Made by a program: the position numbers and the translations under genes. DNA of 42,643 bases, from UHGV virus genome UHGV-1882081, one strand, 5' to 3'. The notes beneath the pieces were generated by a model that saw only the letters and a program-made list of their open reading frames with translations, was not told the DNA's origin and made no database searches. Positions 31,724-40,177 of the stretch are shown in pieces; within the stretch, counting starts at the first letter, position 1; the number at the start of each line of letters is the position of its first letter. The DNA is from a virus.

Positions 31724-31805
31724 NNNNNNNNNNNNNNNNNNNNNNNNNNNNNNNNNNNNNNNNNNNNNNNNNNNNNNNNNNNNNNNNNNNNNNNNNNNNN
31801 NNNNN
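31724..31805. other. run of 82 N (assembly gap or masked sequence)
   Basis: Literal n characters. Confidence 0.95.
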
Positions 31806-32001
31806 AACACCCGGATTTAATGCTATAGATGACGGTCCTGAATATAAGATTAATGAAGAACCAATGGACAAAGTTGACAAAGCATTAGCAACACCATTTC
31901 CTCGCGATGTCGAAAAAATTGAAGATGAAAAATATGAGGATGTAATGCACAGAGTTGTTAATCACGCTCACCAACGAAATCCAAATAAAAAATGGTCATA
32001 G
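31806..32001 (+). CDS. hypothetical protein, C-terminal part (5' end in N-run)
   Basis: Open frame ...TPGFNAIDDGPEYKINEEPMDKVDKALATPFPRDVEKIEDEKYEDVMHRVVNHAHQRNPNKKWS ending just before a terminator hairpin; may be the same gene as 31583-31723. Confidence 0.35.
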
Positions 32002-32022
32002 CCCACTTCGGTGGGTTTTTTA
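32001..32022 (+). terminator. rho-independent terminator-like hairpin
   Basis: gcccac-ttcg-gtggg followed by ttttttatt. Confidence 0.6.
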
Positions 32023-32134
32023 TTGTCTGAACAAACCTAATTTACTACCGCAAGCCACGCAGTGAAATGGGTGTGACTTGTGTTGGTCGACAGAAAATGA
32101 AATTAGGTAGCAAACCACTTATTTGAGGTGAGAT

Positions 32135-32221
32135 ATGGAAGAAGAATTTGAAGAGTTCGAAGAGCATCCGCAGGATGTGATGGAACAATACCAGGACTAT
32201 CCGTATGACTACGACTATTGA
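32135..32221 (+). CDS. possible very acidic 28-aa ORF overlapping the ral start
   Basis: GAGGTGA RBS; MEEEFEEFEEHPQDVMEQYQDYPYDYDY; coding status speculative. Confidence 0.25.
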   Translation: MEEEFEEFEEHPQDVMEQYQDYPYDYDY

Positions 32222-32405
32222 TACAAATCAATGGTGTGGACAATTCAACCGATGCAATGGATGCAAGCTGCAATCGGAATGCATGGTTAAGCCTGAAGAA
32301 ATGTTTCCTGTAATGGAGGATGGGAAATATGTCGATAAATGGGCAATACGAACTACGGCAATGATTGCCAGAGAACTTGGTAAACAGAATAACAAGGCTG
32401 CCTGA
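32205..32405 (+). CDS. ral: Ral, restriction alleviation protein (lambda-type)
   Basis: 66-aa ORF MTTTIDTNQWCGQFNRCNGCKLQSECMVKPEEMFPVMEDGKYVDKWAIRTTAMIARELGKQNNKAA matches lambda Ral. Confidence 0.9.
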   Translation: MTTTIDTNQWCGQFNRCNGCKLQSECMVKPEEMFPVMEDGKYVDKWAIRTTAMIARELGKQNNKAA

Positions 32406-32432
32406 TGGTGGCCTTTATTTTTAAGGTGCTAT

Positions 32433-32675
32433 ATGAAAATTAAAACCATGGGCGCAAGCCCATTAAGCGGTCGTATTTTTCAAGGAACATTAAACACTGA
32501 AAAAGGAATGTGGGTAGGAAAGAAAGAAGATGTCACCGAACAGGCAGTTAAGGCAGTAGCTGAACACCTGATGATAAAAGACCAGAAATACGCATACGAA
32601 ACGAAGGATGGCAAATGGCTGATAATAAGCCATCAACTGGTTGATAAATTACCAGAAGATTTTATTGCTGATTAA
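32433..32675 (+). CDS. hypothetical protein
   Basis: 80-aa ORF MKIKTMGASPLSGRIFQGTLNTEKGMWVGKKEDVTEQ...; no recognised homolog. Confidence 0.45.
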   Translation: MKIKTMGASPLSGRIFQGTLNTEKGMWVGKKEDVTEQAVKAVAEHLMIKDQKYAYETKDGKWLIISHQLVDKLPEDFIAD

Positions 32676-32801
32676 AATTTTTTTGGCATAAACAACAGAA
32701 TAAACACTGCACTGTGTATTCATTCCAACGAGTGAATACACGGAGCAATGTCGCTCGTAACTAAACAGGAGCTGACTTGTTCTGATTATTGGAAATCTTC
32801 T

Positions 32802-32830
32802 TTGCCCTCCAGTGTGAGGGCAATTTTTTT
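32802..32830 (+). terminator. rho-independent terminator-like hairpin in the early-left operon
   Basis: ttgccctc-cagtgt-gagggcaa followed by ttttttt; preceded by a strong 12-bp hairpin at 32716-32743. Confidence 0.6.
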
Positions 32831-32839
32831 GACGGAGGA

Positions 32840-32986
32840 ATGATGGAAATTACAGATATTCTGGTTAATCCAGATAATTACGACCAATTCAATATCTCTA
32901 CTCAATCAGTTGATTTGGGATGTGCAACTGTCAGCGCATGGCTACTTAATGGTAAACAGTTGGATAAATGCCTTATGCACATATGA
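32840..32986 (+). CDS. possible small ORF (48 aa)
   Basis: GGAGG RBS then ATGATG; MMEITDILVNPDNYDQFNISTQSVDLGCATVSAWLLNGKQLDKCLMHI; the longer ORF-track version starts inside the terminator. Confidence 0.3.
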   Translation: MMEITDILVNPDNYDQFNISTQSVDLGCATVSAWLLNGKQLDKCLMHI

Positions 32987-33258
32987 CGGTTAACAGCTTC
33001 CTTGCAGAAAAAACACACTGGCAAGATGCTGGAGGGAAATATTCTGGATGGCTTGAAAGCATGGGGTTTGAATATCAACCTGATGAAGGTTGGTGGAGCC
33101 TTATAGCTGTAACGCCTGAGACAATAGAATGCTTCGTTAAATACTCAAACGACGATGACTATAAAAACCAGGTAGATTCTGCGATAGAAAGATATAAAAG
33201 AAAATCATTCAGCCACGAAATATCATCAGTTCTTGATTTCATAGAAGTCTTCAAATAA
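32968..33258 (+). CDS. hypothetical protein
   Basis: 96-aa ORF (possibly starting at MTVNSF...); acidic, AT-rich; no recognised homolog. Confidence 0.4.
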   Translation: MPYAHMTVNSFLAEKTHWQDAGGKYSGWLESMGFEYQPDEGWWSLIAVTPETIECFVKYSNDDDYKNQVDSAIERYKRKSFSHEISSVLDFIEVFK

Positions 33259-33341
33259 GCCGCTAAGCGCGGCTTTACCGCATACCAATAATGCTTCACC
33301 AGAGGCATTTTCGTTATGCAATCAAACAGAAGGAGCATCCT

Positions 33342-33512
33342 ATGCAACAGTTCGCTATTGCAGGGGCGGCATCGGTTCGCCCTTTCAACCCGATTTTATC
33401 GGTGCAGCATTCACGAAAAAATATTTTAACCGGAGCAGACTTTAAACAACCAAGAATGAAAAGTTTGCTAGAAAAGCTTTGGGATATTTTGAAACAACAA
33501 GGCCGTCCATGA
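33342..33512 (+). CDS. CIII-like protein (FtsH/HflB inhibitor family)
   Basis: GGAG RBS; MQQFAIAGAASVRPFNPILSVQHSRKNILTGADFKQPRMKSLLEKLWDILKQQGRP resembles lambda CIII (MQYAIAG..., amphipathic helix ...LLERL...). Confidence 0.6.
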   Translation: MQQFAIAGAASVRPFNPILSVQHSRKNILTGADFKQPRMKSLLEKLWDILKQQGRP

Positions 33513-33679
33513 GTTTTACAGATAACTGGTCAGACGAAGAATTCATTCGTCAGATGAAAGAATTAATCGGTAACGAAGGAGATATTCATGTCACTTGCAA
33601 CCACAGTGAAGGAGAGCAAGTTACAGAGACGCATGTACACGCAGCAGGCGTTAATGTATCGCCAGAAGGGAGATCGTGA
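33509..33679 (+). CDS. hypothetical small protein (kil position)
   Basis: MSFTDNWSDEEFIRQMKELIGNEGDIHVTCNHSEGEQ...; start overlaps cIII-like stop (ATGA). Confidence 0.4.
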   Translation: MSFTDNWSDEEFIRQMKELIGNEGDIHVTCNHSEGEQVTETHVHAAGVNVSPEGRS

Positions 33680-33766
33680 AGGTGTTCGCGTATTTTTAAA
33701 TGCGGCAAAGACTGAAGTATTAAATCAGCGTTATTTCCTTGGGCCATGTCCATTCTGAGGTGAATT

Positions 33767-34474
33767 ATGGATTTGAATAAATTCGATGAGCCATTCAGCC
33801 CCGAAGATATCGAATGGCGAATACAGCAAAGCGGTAAAACACGCGATGGCAAGGTGTGGGCTATGGTGCTGGCTTATGTCACGAACCGGGCAATCATGAA
33901 ACGCCTGGACGATGTTTGCGGCAAAGCAGGATGGCGCAATGAATACCGCGATATTCCCAACAACGGCGGAGTTGAATGCGGCATATCAATCAAGATTGAT
34001 TCCGAATGGGTAACCAAATGGGATGCTGCTGAAAACACGCAGGTAGAAGCCGTCAAAGGTGGTCGTTCCGGTGCAATGAAGCGCGCTGCCGTTCAGTGGG
34101 GAATCGGTCGGTATCTGTATAACCTTGAGGAAGGTTTCGCACAAACATCTCTCGATAAAAAGCAGGGGTGGCACAGGGCAAAACTGAAGGATGGAACAGG
34201 ATTTTACTGGCTCCCTCCATCGCTTCCGGGATGGGCAATCCCAGCATCAGATAACAAACCATCACCAGAAAATACCAACCAGAAATCTCCATCGGTTGAC
34301 TGCGAACAAATCCTGAAAGACTTCAGCGATTATGCGTCAACAGAAACTGACAAGAAAAAACTCATCGAGCGTTATCAGCGTGACTGGCAATTAATGGCTG
34401 GCAATGAGGATGCGCAGGCTAAATGCGTTCAGGTAATGAACATCAGAGTTAACGAACTAAAACAGGCGGCATAA
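33767..34474 (+). CDS. single-strand annealing recombinase, Rad52/Sak-like core
   Basis: 235-aa ORF with Rad52-family signature VWAMVLAYVTNRAIMKRLDDVCGKAGWRNEY; immediately followed by an ssb gene. Confidence 0.65.
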   Translation: MDLNKFDEPFSPEDIEWRIQQSGKTRDGKVWAMVLAYVTNRAIMKRLDDVCGKAGWRNEYRDIPNNGGVECGISIKIDSEWVTKWDAAENTQVEAVKGGRSGAMKRAAVQWGIGRYLYNLEEGFAQTSLDKKQGWHRAKLKDGTGFYWLPPSLPGWAIPASDNKPSPENTNQKSPSVDCEQILKDFSDYASTETDKKKLIERYQRDWQLMAGNEDAQAKCVQVMNIRVNELKQAA

Positions 34475-34981
34475 ATGGCAAGCAGAGGCGTAAATAAGGT
34501 GATTATCCTTGGTCGGGTAGGACAAGACCCGGAAGTTCGATACTCACCATCAGGAACAGCGTTCGCTAACCTGACAATAGCCACGTCAGAACAATGGCGA
34601 GATAAAAATACTGGCGAGCAAAAGGAATTGACTGAATGGCATCGTGTTGCTGTATCCGGGAAACTGGCTGAGGTCGTGGGGCAGTATGTGAAAAAAGGTG
34701 ATCAGATTTATTTCGAGGGAATGCTGAGAACCAGAAAGTGGAAAGACCAGTCAGGGCAAGACCGTTACACAACCGAGGTTCATGTCGGAATTAATGGCGT
34801 GATGCAAATGCTTGGCGGCATTGGCGACAGCAAACAACAAGCAGCCAGCAGGCAATCACAGAAGCCACAGCAGCAATCATCACCAGCACAACACAACGAA
34901 CCTCCGATGGATTTTGACGACGATATACCCTTTGCACCAGTAACTCTCCCCTTCCCTCGTCACGCTATTCACGCAATTTAA
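34475..34981 (+). CDS. ssb: single-stranded DNA-binding protein (SSB) with 15-aa extension beyond the DDDIPF tail
   Basis: [60 protein letters not shown]... OB-fold core, Gln/Ser-rich linker, then MDFDDDIPF followed by [15 protein letters not shown] before the stop. Confidence 0.85.
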   Translation: MASRGVNKVIILGRVGQDPEVRYSPSGTAFANLTIATSEQWRDKNTGEQKELTEWHRVAVSGKLAEVVGQYVKKGDQIYFEGMLRTRKWKDQSGQDRYTTEVHVGINGVMQMLGGIGDSKQQAASRQSQKPQQQSSPAQHNEPPMDFDDDIPFAPVTLPFPRHAIHAI

Positions 34982-34994
34982 TCAGGAGAAAATC

Positions 34995-35230
34995 ATGCCA
35001 GTGCCTCGGTATGGTGCGGATGACCCGCGCCGCTGTTCCGGCAATTCCGTATCGGAGGTGCTGGATAAATTCAGAAAAAACTACGATCGGATAATGTCGC
35101 TACCGCAGGAAACGAAAGAGGAAAAGGAATTTCGCCATTGCATATGGCTTGCAGAGAAAGAAGAACGCGAGCGAATTTACCAGACATCAATCCGACCATT
35201 CCGCAAAGCCACATATACCCACTTCCCTGA
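34995..35230 (+). CDS. hypothetical protein, N-terminal part (truncated by N-run)
   Basis: MPVPRYGADDPRRCSGNSVSEVLDKFRKNYDRIMSLPQETKEEKEFRHCIWLAEKEERERIYQ... runs into the gap. Confidence 0.4.
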
Positions 35231-35311
35231 NNNNNNNNNNNNNNNNNNNNNNNNNNNNNNNNNNNNNNNNNNNNNNNNNNNNNNNNNNNNNNNNNNNNNN
35301 NNNNNNNNNNN
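35231..35311. other. run of 81 N (assembly gap or masked sequence)
   Basis: Literal n characters. Confidence 0.95.
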
Positions 35312-35372
35312 CCGCGCCTGCGTAATTACCGCTCACGCTATGGCGCTATCAGTAATGACTGAGGAATTAACA

Positions 35373-35663
35373 ATGAAAACAATGAAGCTAAATATCGACC
35401 TCGGCAAATACGTTATTACCGGAACCAAACACGACCTGATTCTTAGTGAAAGAGGAATTATCAAAGAAGGTGAGAATGCAGGGAAAGAAACACTAAGTCG
35501 TATCGGTTATTACAGCAAGTTTGAGCATCTGGTTAAAGAGTTATGCAACCGTGAAATTCTGTTATCTCAAGCGCGGACGCTACAGGATATTCAGCAGCAT
35601 ATCGAGACTTTAGGTGTGTCACTTAGCATGGCCGTTGACCAGTTCGTGGAGAGTAAATCATGA
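35373..35663 (+). CDS. hypothetical protein
   Basis: GAGG RBS; [57 protein letters not shown]... (96 aa). Confidence 0.5.
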   Translation: MKTMKLNIDLGKYVITGTKHDLILSERGIIKEGENAGKETLSRIGYYSKFEHLVKELCNREILLSQARTLQDIQQHIETLGVSLSMAVDQFVESKS

Positions 35664-35824
35664 GAGGACTTGCATACAATCCCGGCATTCTTCCGGCAGA
35701 AATGATTATTCGCCAACGCGTAAAGCCAATGCCATCGAGAGAGGAATTACTTAAGAGAAATTCTTTTCCATCAGTGAATCAAAACAAATATCTGAATGCG
35801 ATGTTGCGGAGTGGGAAGAAATGA
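35660..35824 (+). CDS. possible small ORF (54 aa)
   Basis: [54 protein letters not shown]; start and stop both overlap neighbours (ATGA). Confidence 0.35.
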   Translation: MRGLAYNPGILPAEMIIRQRVKPMPSREELLKRNSFPSVNQNKYLNAMLRSGKK

Positions 35825-36213
35825 AACAAATGTCACTAATTGAGATGGATGGTTTTCTGAAAGGTAAATGCATCCCACGAGATTTAAAGGTTAACGAAAC
35901 AAACGCTGAATATCTGGTGCGTAAATTTGCTGAAGCGGAGGCCAAGTGCGCGGCGCTGGCTGCGGAGAATGCGGCACTGAAGAAGTTCTGCAAAGACGCT
36001 GCATTCGATGCCGATTACGAAGCAGAGCTAGGTATGGAGCGTGGTGGATTCAGTGATGCACTTAACGATATCGAAACCACAGCCACCGACGCTTTCTTGG
36101 CTGAAGTACGGGCGCAGGGCGTGGAGATGTTTGCTGACCATCTGTTGTGCCCAAACCTTGATGACACTATCCGTGACTTTGCTGCCCAGCTTCGCAAAGG
36201 AGTGCAGTCATGA
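35821..36213 (+). CDS. hypothetical protein
   Basis: 130-aa [58 protein letters not shown]...; translationally coupled to neighbours. Confidence 0.55.
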   Translation: MKQMSLIEMDGFLKGKCIPRDLKVNETNAEYLVRKFAEAEAKCAALAAENAALKKFCKDAAFDADYEAELGMERGGFSDALNDIETTATDAFLAEVRAQGVEMFADHLLCPNLDDTIRDFAAQLRKGVQS

Positions 36214-36572
36214 AAAGAGAGCCGAAAAAAACTGTGAAGATTAAGCGTTTCCGCTACTCACTTGATTGGTTCACCGTTGATGACGTTGAGTGCGAAGTCG
36301 GCAATGGATTCAGCTACGAAATGCAGTTTCGTCTCGGGGCATGGTATCTGATGGGGAAATATTACGATTACAAGGCTGAGCAGTGGTACGAGGATTATAG
36401 AAAATCATTCCAGCTGGAATGCCCAGCGGAAGCCGTTATTGCTCTTGGTAATAGCCTGACGAAGTTCAGCAGACTTCACGACTGTGACCACCTGACTGAA
36501 CACCTCGCTAAACTGCTGAAAGGCGTTGCTTCGCGCATTGCTATTAGTGAAGCAGAAGGAGGCAACCAGTGA
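36210..36572 (+). CDS. hypothetical protein
   Basis: 120-aa [58 protein letters not shown]... Confidence 0.55.
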   Translation: MKREPKKTVKIKRFRYSLDWFTVDDVECEVGNGFSYEMQFRLGAWYLMGKYYDYKAEQWYEDYRKSFQLECPAEAVIALGNSLTKFSRLHDCDHLTEHLAKLLKGVASRIAISEAEGGNQ

Positions 36573-37147
36573 GCAAGATTGATTATCAAAAGCTTCGTGA
36601 AATCGCTGAAAAAACAAAAATTGCTGGTGAAGCACCTGTAATGCCTTTCGATCAGCGAATTAATGCGCTTAACGATTTTATGAAGCACTTTTCGCCAGAT
36701 ATCGCGCTGGCATTGTTGGATGAACTGGAAAGAAACCAGCAATACATCAAACGCCGCGACCAGGAGAACGAGGATATTGCGCTAACGGTAGGGAAGCTGC
36801 GTGTTGAGCTGGAAGCCGCAGAGAAGCGCAACGCAAATTACAAAGCGAGAATGCATACATCCGACCGGTTCAAAGAACTGGACCTATTAATCGGGAAAAA
36901 CATTCTGGTCATGCAGGCTGCCATTATCGAATGGCAATCGACTGGCGACGCTAAAAGCGGACTGGCATGGATTTATAACACACTGTTTGGTCCAGGCGAA
37001 TTGCCGGACGAATCTGAGAAAGATGCTCAGGCCTACTTTAATCGCAAATATGCACCGATTGACGAAAAGCTCATGGAGCTTCACAAGTGGTTTTGGGAAC
37101 AAAGTGAAGCCGAGCGCGCCGCTGGCATTCGCATCAAAGGAGAGTGA
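36569..37147 (+). CDS. hypothetical early protein (coiled-coil)
   Basis: 192-aa ORF MSKIDYQKLREIAEKTKIAGEAPVMPFDQRINALNDFMKHFSPDIALALLDELERNQQ...; carries the 19-nt motif shared with 39509-39853. Confidence 0.55.
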   Translation: MSKIDYQKLREIAEKTKIAGEAPVMPFDQRINALNDFMKHFSPDIALALLDELERNQQYIKRRDQENEDIALTVGKLRVELEAAEKRNANYKARMHTSDRFKELDLLIGKNILVMQAAIIEWQSTGDAKSGLAWIYNTLFGPGELPDESEKDAQAYFNRKYAPIDEKLMELHKWFWEQSEAERAAGIRIKGE

Positions 37148-37148
37148 G

Positions 37149-37904
37149 ATGATTCACTACCACGGTGGGCCTATTACTCCTGATACGTGCGCAATGAGAG
37201 CATGGAAAGGGCGACATGCGTTTATCAGTTTTGCGCATTCAGGCCAGATCAATCTCGCGGCTGAATACTGTCAGTCGTTCGCGCTGGACAACGGTGCATT
37301 CACCGCCTGGAAAGCAGCTGGCAAAAACAAAATCGACTGGAGCGATTACTACGAGTTTGTTGCTCGCTGGAAGAATCACCCAGGATTCGATTTTGCCATT
37401 ATCCCGGATATTATTGATGGCGGAGAGGAGGAAAATGATGCGCTTCTGAATGAGTGGCCTCACGGAAAACTAGCTGGCGTTCCAGTGTGGCACATGAATG
37501 AAAGTGACGCGCGATTTATTCATTTGTGCAATGAGTTTCCGCGAGTGGCTATCGGTAGTTGTGGCGACTATGACGTAAAGCGCCCAACTCTTGCGGTAGC
37601 CAGAATGAAAGACCTGATTCGTCACATTGTTGATGGGCATGGTCAGCCGGTTACGAAACTACATGGATTGCGCATGTTAAATCCGCTGATATTCACAAAA
37701 TTACCCTTAGCCAGCGCAGATAGTACGAACGTCGCTCGAAACATCGGTATTGATAAAGCCTGGTCTGGGGCTTATGCACCTGCAAGTAAAGAGACACGCG
37801 CAGCATTAATGGTAGAACGGATTGAGGCACACAATAGCCCTGGTTCTCTTGCGTATTGTGAACAACGCGACCGCTTTGAAATGCAATTGCAACTAGCAGT
37901 TTAA
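37149..37904 (+). CDS. hypothetical protein (251 aa), largest uncharacterised early-left gene
   Basis: MIHYHGGPITPDTCAMRAWKGRHAFISFAHSGQINLAAEYCQSFALDNGAFTAWKAAGKNKIDWSDYYEFVARWKNHPGFDFAIIPDIIDGGEEEND...; start taken at internal Met of the 305-aa ORF; no function assignable by eye. Confidence 0.55.
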   Translation: MIHYHGGPITPDTCAMRAWKGRHAFISFAHSGQINLAAEYCQSFALDNGAFTAWKAAGKNKIDWSDYYEFVARWKNHPGFDFAIIPDIIDGGEEENDALLNEWPHGKLAGVPVWHMNESDARFIHLCNEFPRVAIGSCGDYDVKRPTLAVARMKDLIRHIVDGHGQPVTKLHGLRMLNPLIFTKLPLASADSTNVARNIGIDKAWSGAYAPASKETRAALMVERIEAHNSPGSLAYCEQRDRFEMQLQLAV

Positions 37905-37914
37905 GGACTAACAA

Positions 37915-38544
37915 ATGACCACTATTACCAAAGAACGTATTGAATTGTTCATTAAAAATCCGCTTGAAAACGGGCTTACTCGTGGCGAACAAATGGAACT
38001 GGCACGAATTGCACTGGCATCACTGGAACGCGAACTGATTCGCCACGAGCATGCCAAATGGTCTGACTCCACATTTGGCTGCGTTGGCCCCATTGGTCCA
38101 CTGAAACACCTCTCAAAAGAGGCTCTGGAAGCCGCAGCCGAACCAGACGATCTCAGCGAGTGGGCTGATATGCAGTTCCTGTTGTGGGATGCACAGCGCC
38201 GTGCTGGCATCAGCGATGCTGAAATTACCGCTGCTATGGAAGATAAATTGAAGATCAACATGGAGCGCCAGTGGCCTGAACCAAAAGATGGTGAGCCTCG
38301 CTTGCACATTAAAGAACGCGGCAACTCTCCGGTAATTCCGGATGGTTGGATAAGCTGTAGTGAGCGAATGCCGGAAGAAACGGGTGACATTATTGTTGTT
38401 TCTGATGGCATTGTAATGTCAGGGATTTCTTATTCTCGTCGTGACGGGTTCTATATAACCGCATTGGAGTACGACGACGATGAGCCAATTGGCGGTGTAA
38501 CTCACTGGATGCCGCTACCGGAACCGCCGCAGGAGGTGAAGTGA
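37915..38544 (+). CDS. phage protein with C-terminal DUF551-type segment (W..PLPEPP)
   Basis: 209-aa ORF; C-terminus ...DGWISCSERMPEETGDIIVV...GVTHWMPLPEPPQEV resembles the DUF551 signature common in lambdoid prophages. Confidence 0.6.
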   Translation: MTTITKERIELFIKNPLENGLTRGEQMELARIALASLERELIRHEHAKWSDSTFGCVGPIGPLKHLSKEALEAAAEPDDLSEWADMQFLLWDAQRRAGISDAEITAAMEDKLKINMERQWPEPKDGEPRLHIKERGNSPVIPDGWISCSERMPEETGDIIVVSDGIVMSGISYSRRDGFYITALEYDDDEPIGGVTHWMPLPEPPQEVK

Positions 38545-38822
38545 TGGACTCCTTCGCGAAATATACGATTATTGACTGGATAGCCTTCCTTCAGGTTTTG
38601 CTCATCTGGTTTTATATGGCTTACAGGAGTGGGCAGTGGATTGTCAACATGGCCTGTAGCAGGGGATGGCGTTGGTGGAACCGAAAGAATAAAAAAGCAC
38701 TGGCATTGGATTCGTTTTACGAAGCATTCAATCTTAACAGCCTTCAGCCTGGTTCTGTCATTGTAGTCACCACTCAAAGCGGCATGACCATTCAGATTCA
38801 TAAACCAAAAGAGGAAAAATGA
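38541..38822 (+). CDS. hypothetical protein with one hydrophobic segment
   Basis: 93-aa ORF MMDSFAKYTIIDWIAFLQVLLIWFYMAYRSGQWIVNMA... Confidence 0.45.
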   Translation: MMDSFAKYTIIDWIAFLQVLLIWFYMAYRSGQWIVNMACSRGWRWWNRKNKKALALDSFYEAFNLNSLQPGSVIVVTTQSGMTIQIHKPKEEK

Positions 38823-38967
38823 TGTGGCCTATATGTGTTAATTGCGGACGGATGTGCCTATCTGGATGGTGCCGAAAGTGCGACAAATGCACGAAGCAAA
38901 GACAATAACAATCCTCGCACTCGCGGGGATTTCTTTTATCTGAACTCGCTACGGCGAGTTTTGTTTT

Positions 38968-39279
38968 ATGGAGATGATTATGGCCTGTTCAACATTCAAC
39001 CCTTTAACGTTACAGAAATACCAGCCAGACCATGAAGATTTATGCTCACTGTGTGGCGGAAATCATGGTAAAGCCGCCATGATCGAATGTAAGGACAAAA
39101 TCCACATATGCCTTAATTGCGTTGATGTCCTCGTTGATATCAAAAATGAAAGAGAAGATAAAAAGCGTAGCGAGGCTATTCGCGCCTTAGATTCATGGAT
39201 GCGAGATGGGTATAGTGCTGCGCAAATTTATGACTTCGCCATTTCAAAAGGCGAAATACCAGGTGTGCGAATCGAATAA
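38968..39279 (+). CDS. hypothetical Cys-rich protein (two CxxC pairs)
   Basis: 103-aa ORF with CSLCGG ... CLNC spacing. Confidence 0.45.
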   Translation: MEMIMACSTFNPLTLQKYQPDHEDLCSLCGGNHGKAAMIECKDKIHICLNCVDVLVDIKNEREDKKRSEAIRALDSWMRDGYSAAQIYDFAISKGEIPGVRIE

Positions 39280-39299
39280 GAAGCGCACTCAAGCATCTT

Positions 39300-39482
39300 T
39301 TGGAGAAATCACAGATGCACTTCCGAGTCACAGGTGAATGGAATGGAGAACCATTCAACAGAGTTATCGAAGCAGAGAACATCAACGACTGCTATGACCA
39401 CTGGATGCTGTGGGCGCAGATAGCACATGCAGACGTAACCAATATTCGAATTGAAGAACTGAAAGAACACCAAGCCGCCTGA
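39300..39482 (+). CDS. hypothetical small protein
   Basis: 60-aa ORF (possibly starting at MHFRVTGEW...) ending inside a terminator hairpin. Confidence 0.4.
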   Translation: MEKSQMHFRVTGEWNGEPFNRVIEAENINDCYDHWMLWAQIAHADVTNIRIEELKEHQAA

Positions 39483-39495
39483 TGGCGGTTTTTTA
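39474..39495 (+). terminator. rho-independent terminator-like hairpin
   Basis: ccgcc-tgat-ggcgg followed by ttttttatt. Confidence 0.65.
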
Positions 39496-39508
39496 TTGGA
39501 GACAAGAA

Positions 39509-39853
39509 ATGTCAGATTTGGCTATGAAGGTTTTGAAATGGCAATCGACTGGCGATGTCGGCATCAGTAGCGCAACTCTTGCCTCAATCGCATGTGGACT
39601 GAAAAAGAATATCTATGGTCATCACTTCGGCGCTCCACATGACGCAGCCGATTTCAGACGATGCGTTGCACTTGTTGAGCAGATTCCAGAAATCAGGGAT
39701 TCATTCGACAAGGTTGCAAAGCGCGTTCCGGCATTCAAAGACATCCTCAACGAATGGGATTCCCTCGTTGCTCTGTTGAAGTCTGAAATGAAGACACACG
39801 GAAACAAAGCACCAGAGACTTACAGAAGAATTAGCGAGTTACGCAAGGACTAA
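39509..39853 (+). CDS. hypothetical protein upstream of xis
   Basis: GGAGA RBS; MSDLAMKVLKWQSTGDVGISSATLASIACGLKKNIYGHHFGAPHDAADFRRCVALVEQIPE... (114 aa). Confidence 0.55.
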   Translation: MSDLAMKVLKWQSTGDVGISSATLASIACGLKKNIYGHHFGAPHDAADFRRCVALVEQIPEIRDSFDKVAKRVPAFKDILNEWDSLVALLKSEMKTHGNKAPETYRRISELRKD

Positions 39854-39958
39854 CCACAGCCTCACACTCGATGAGGCCTGTTCATTTCTCAAGATATCCA
39901 GACCTACCATTGCTGCATCAATGCAGCTTTTCTTGCGTGTAATTGCGGAGACTTTGCG

Positions 39959-40177
39959 ATGTACTTGACTCTTCAGGAGTGGAACGCTCGCCAGCGACGC
40001 CCAAGAAGCCTTGAAACAGTTCGTCGATGGGTGCGCGAATGCAGGATATTCCCTCCTCCGGTTAAGGATGGAAGAGAGTATCTGTTCCACGAATCAGCGG
40101 TAAAGGTTGACTTAAATCGACCAATAACAGGTAGCCTTTTGAAGAGGATCAGAAATGGGAAGAAGGCGAAGTCATGA
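39959..40177 (+). CDS. xis: excisionase Xis (lambda-type)
   Basis: 72-aa ORF MYLTLQEWNARQRRPRSLETVRRWVRECRIFPPPVKDGREYLFHESAVKVDLNRPITGSLLKRIRNGKKAKS matches lambda Xis; overlaps int start. Confidence 0.95.
   Translation: MYLTLQEWNARQRRPRSLETVRRWVRECRIFPPPVKDGREYLFHESAVKVDLNRPITGSLLKRIRNGKKAKS

Noticed and set aside
33586-34292. Minus-strand ORFs (88, 60, 62, 79 aa) within the recombinase region
   Set aside because: Antisense to the plus-strand early-left operon genes, which are tightly packed and translationally coupled.
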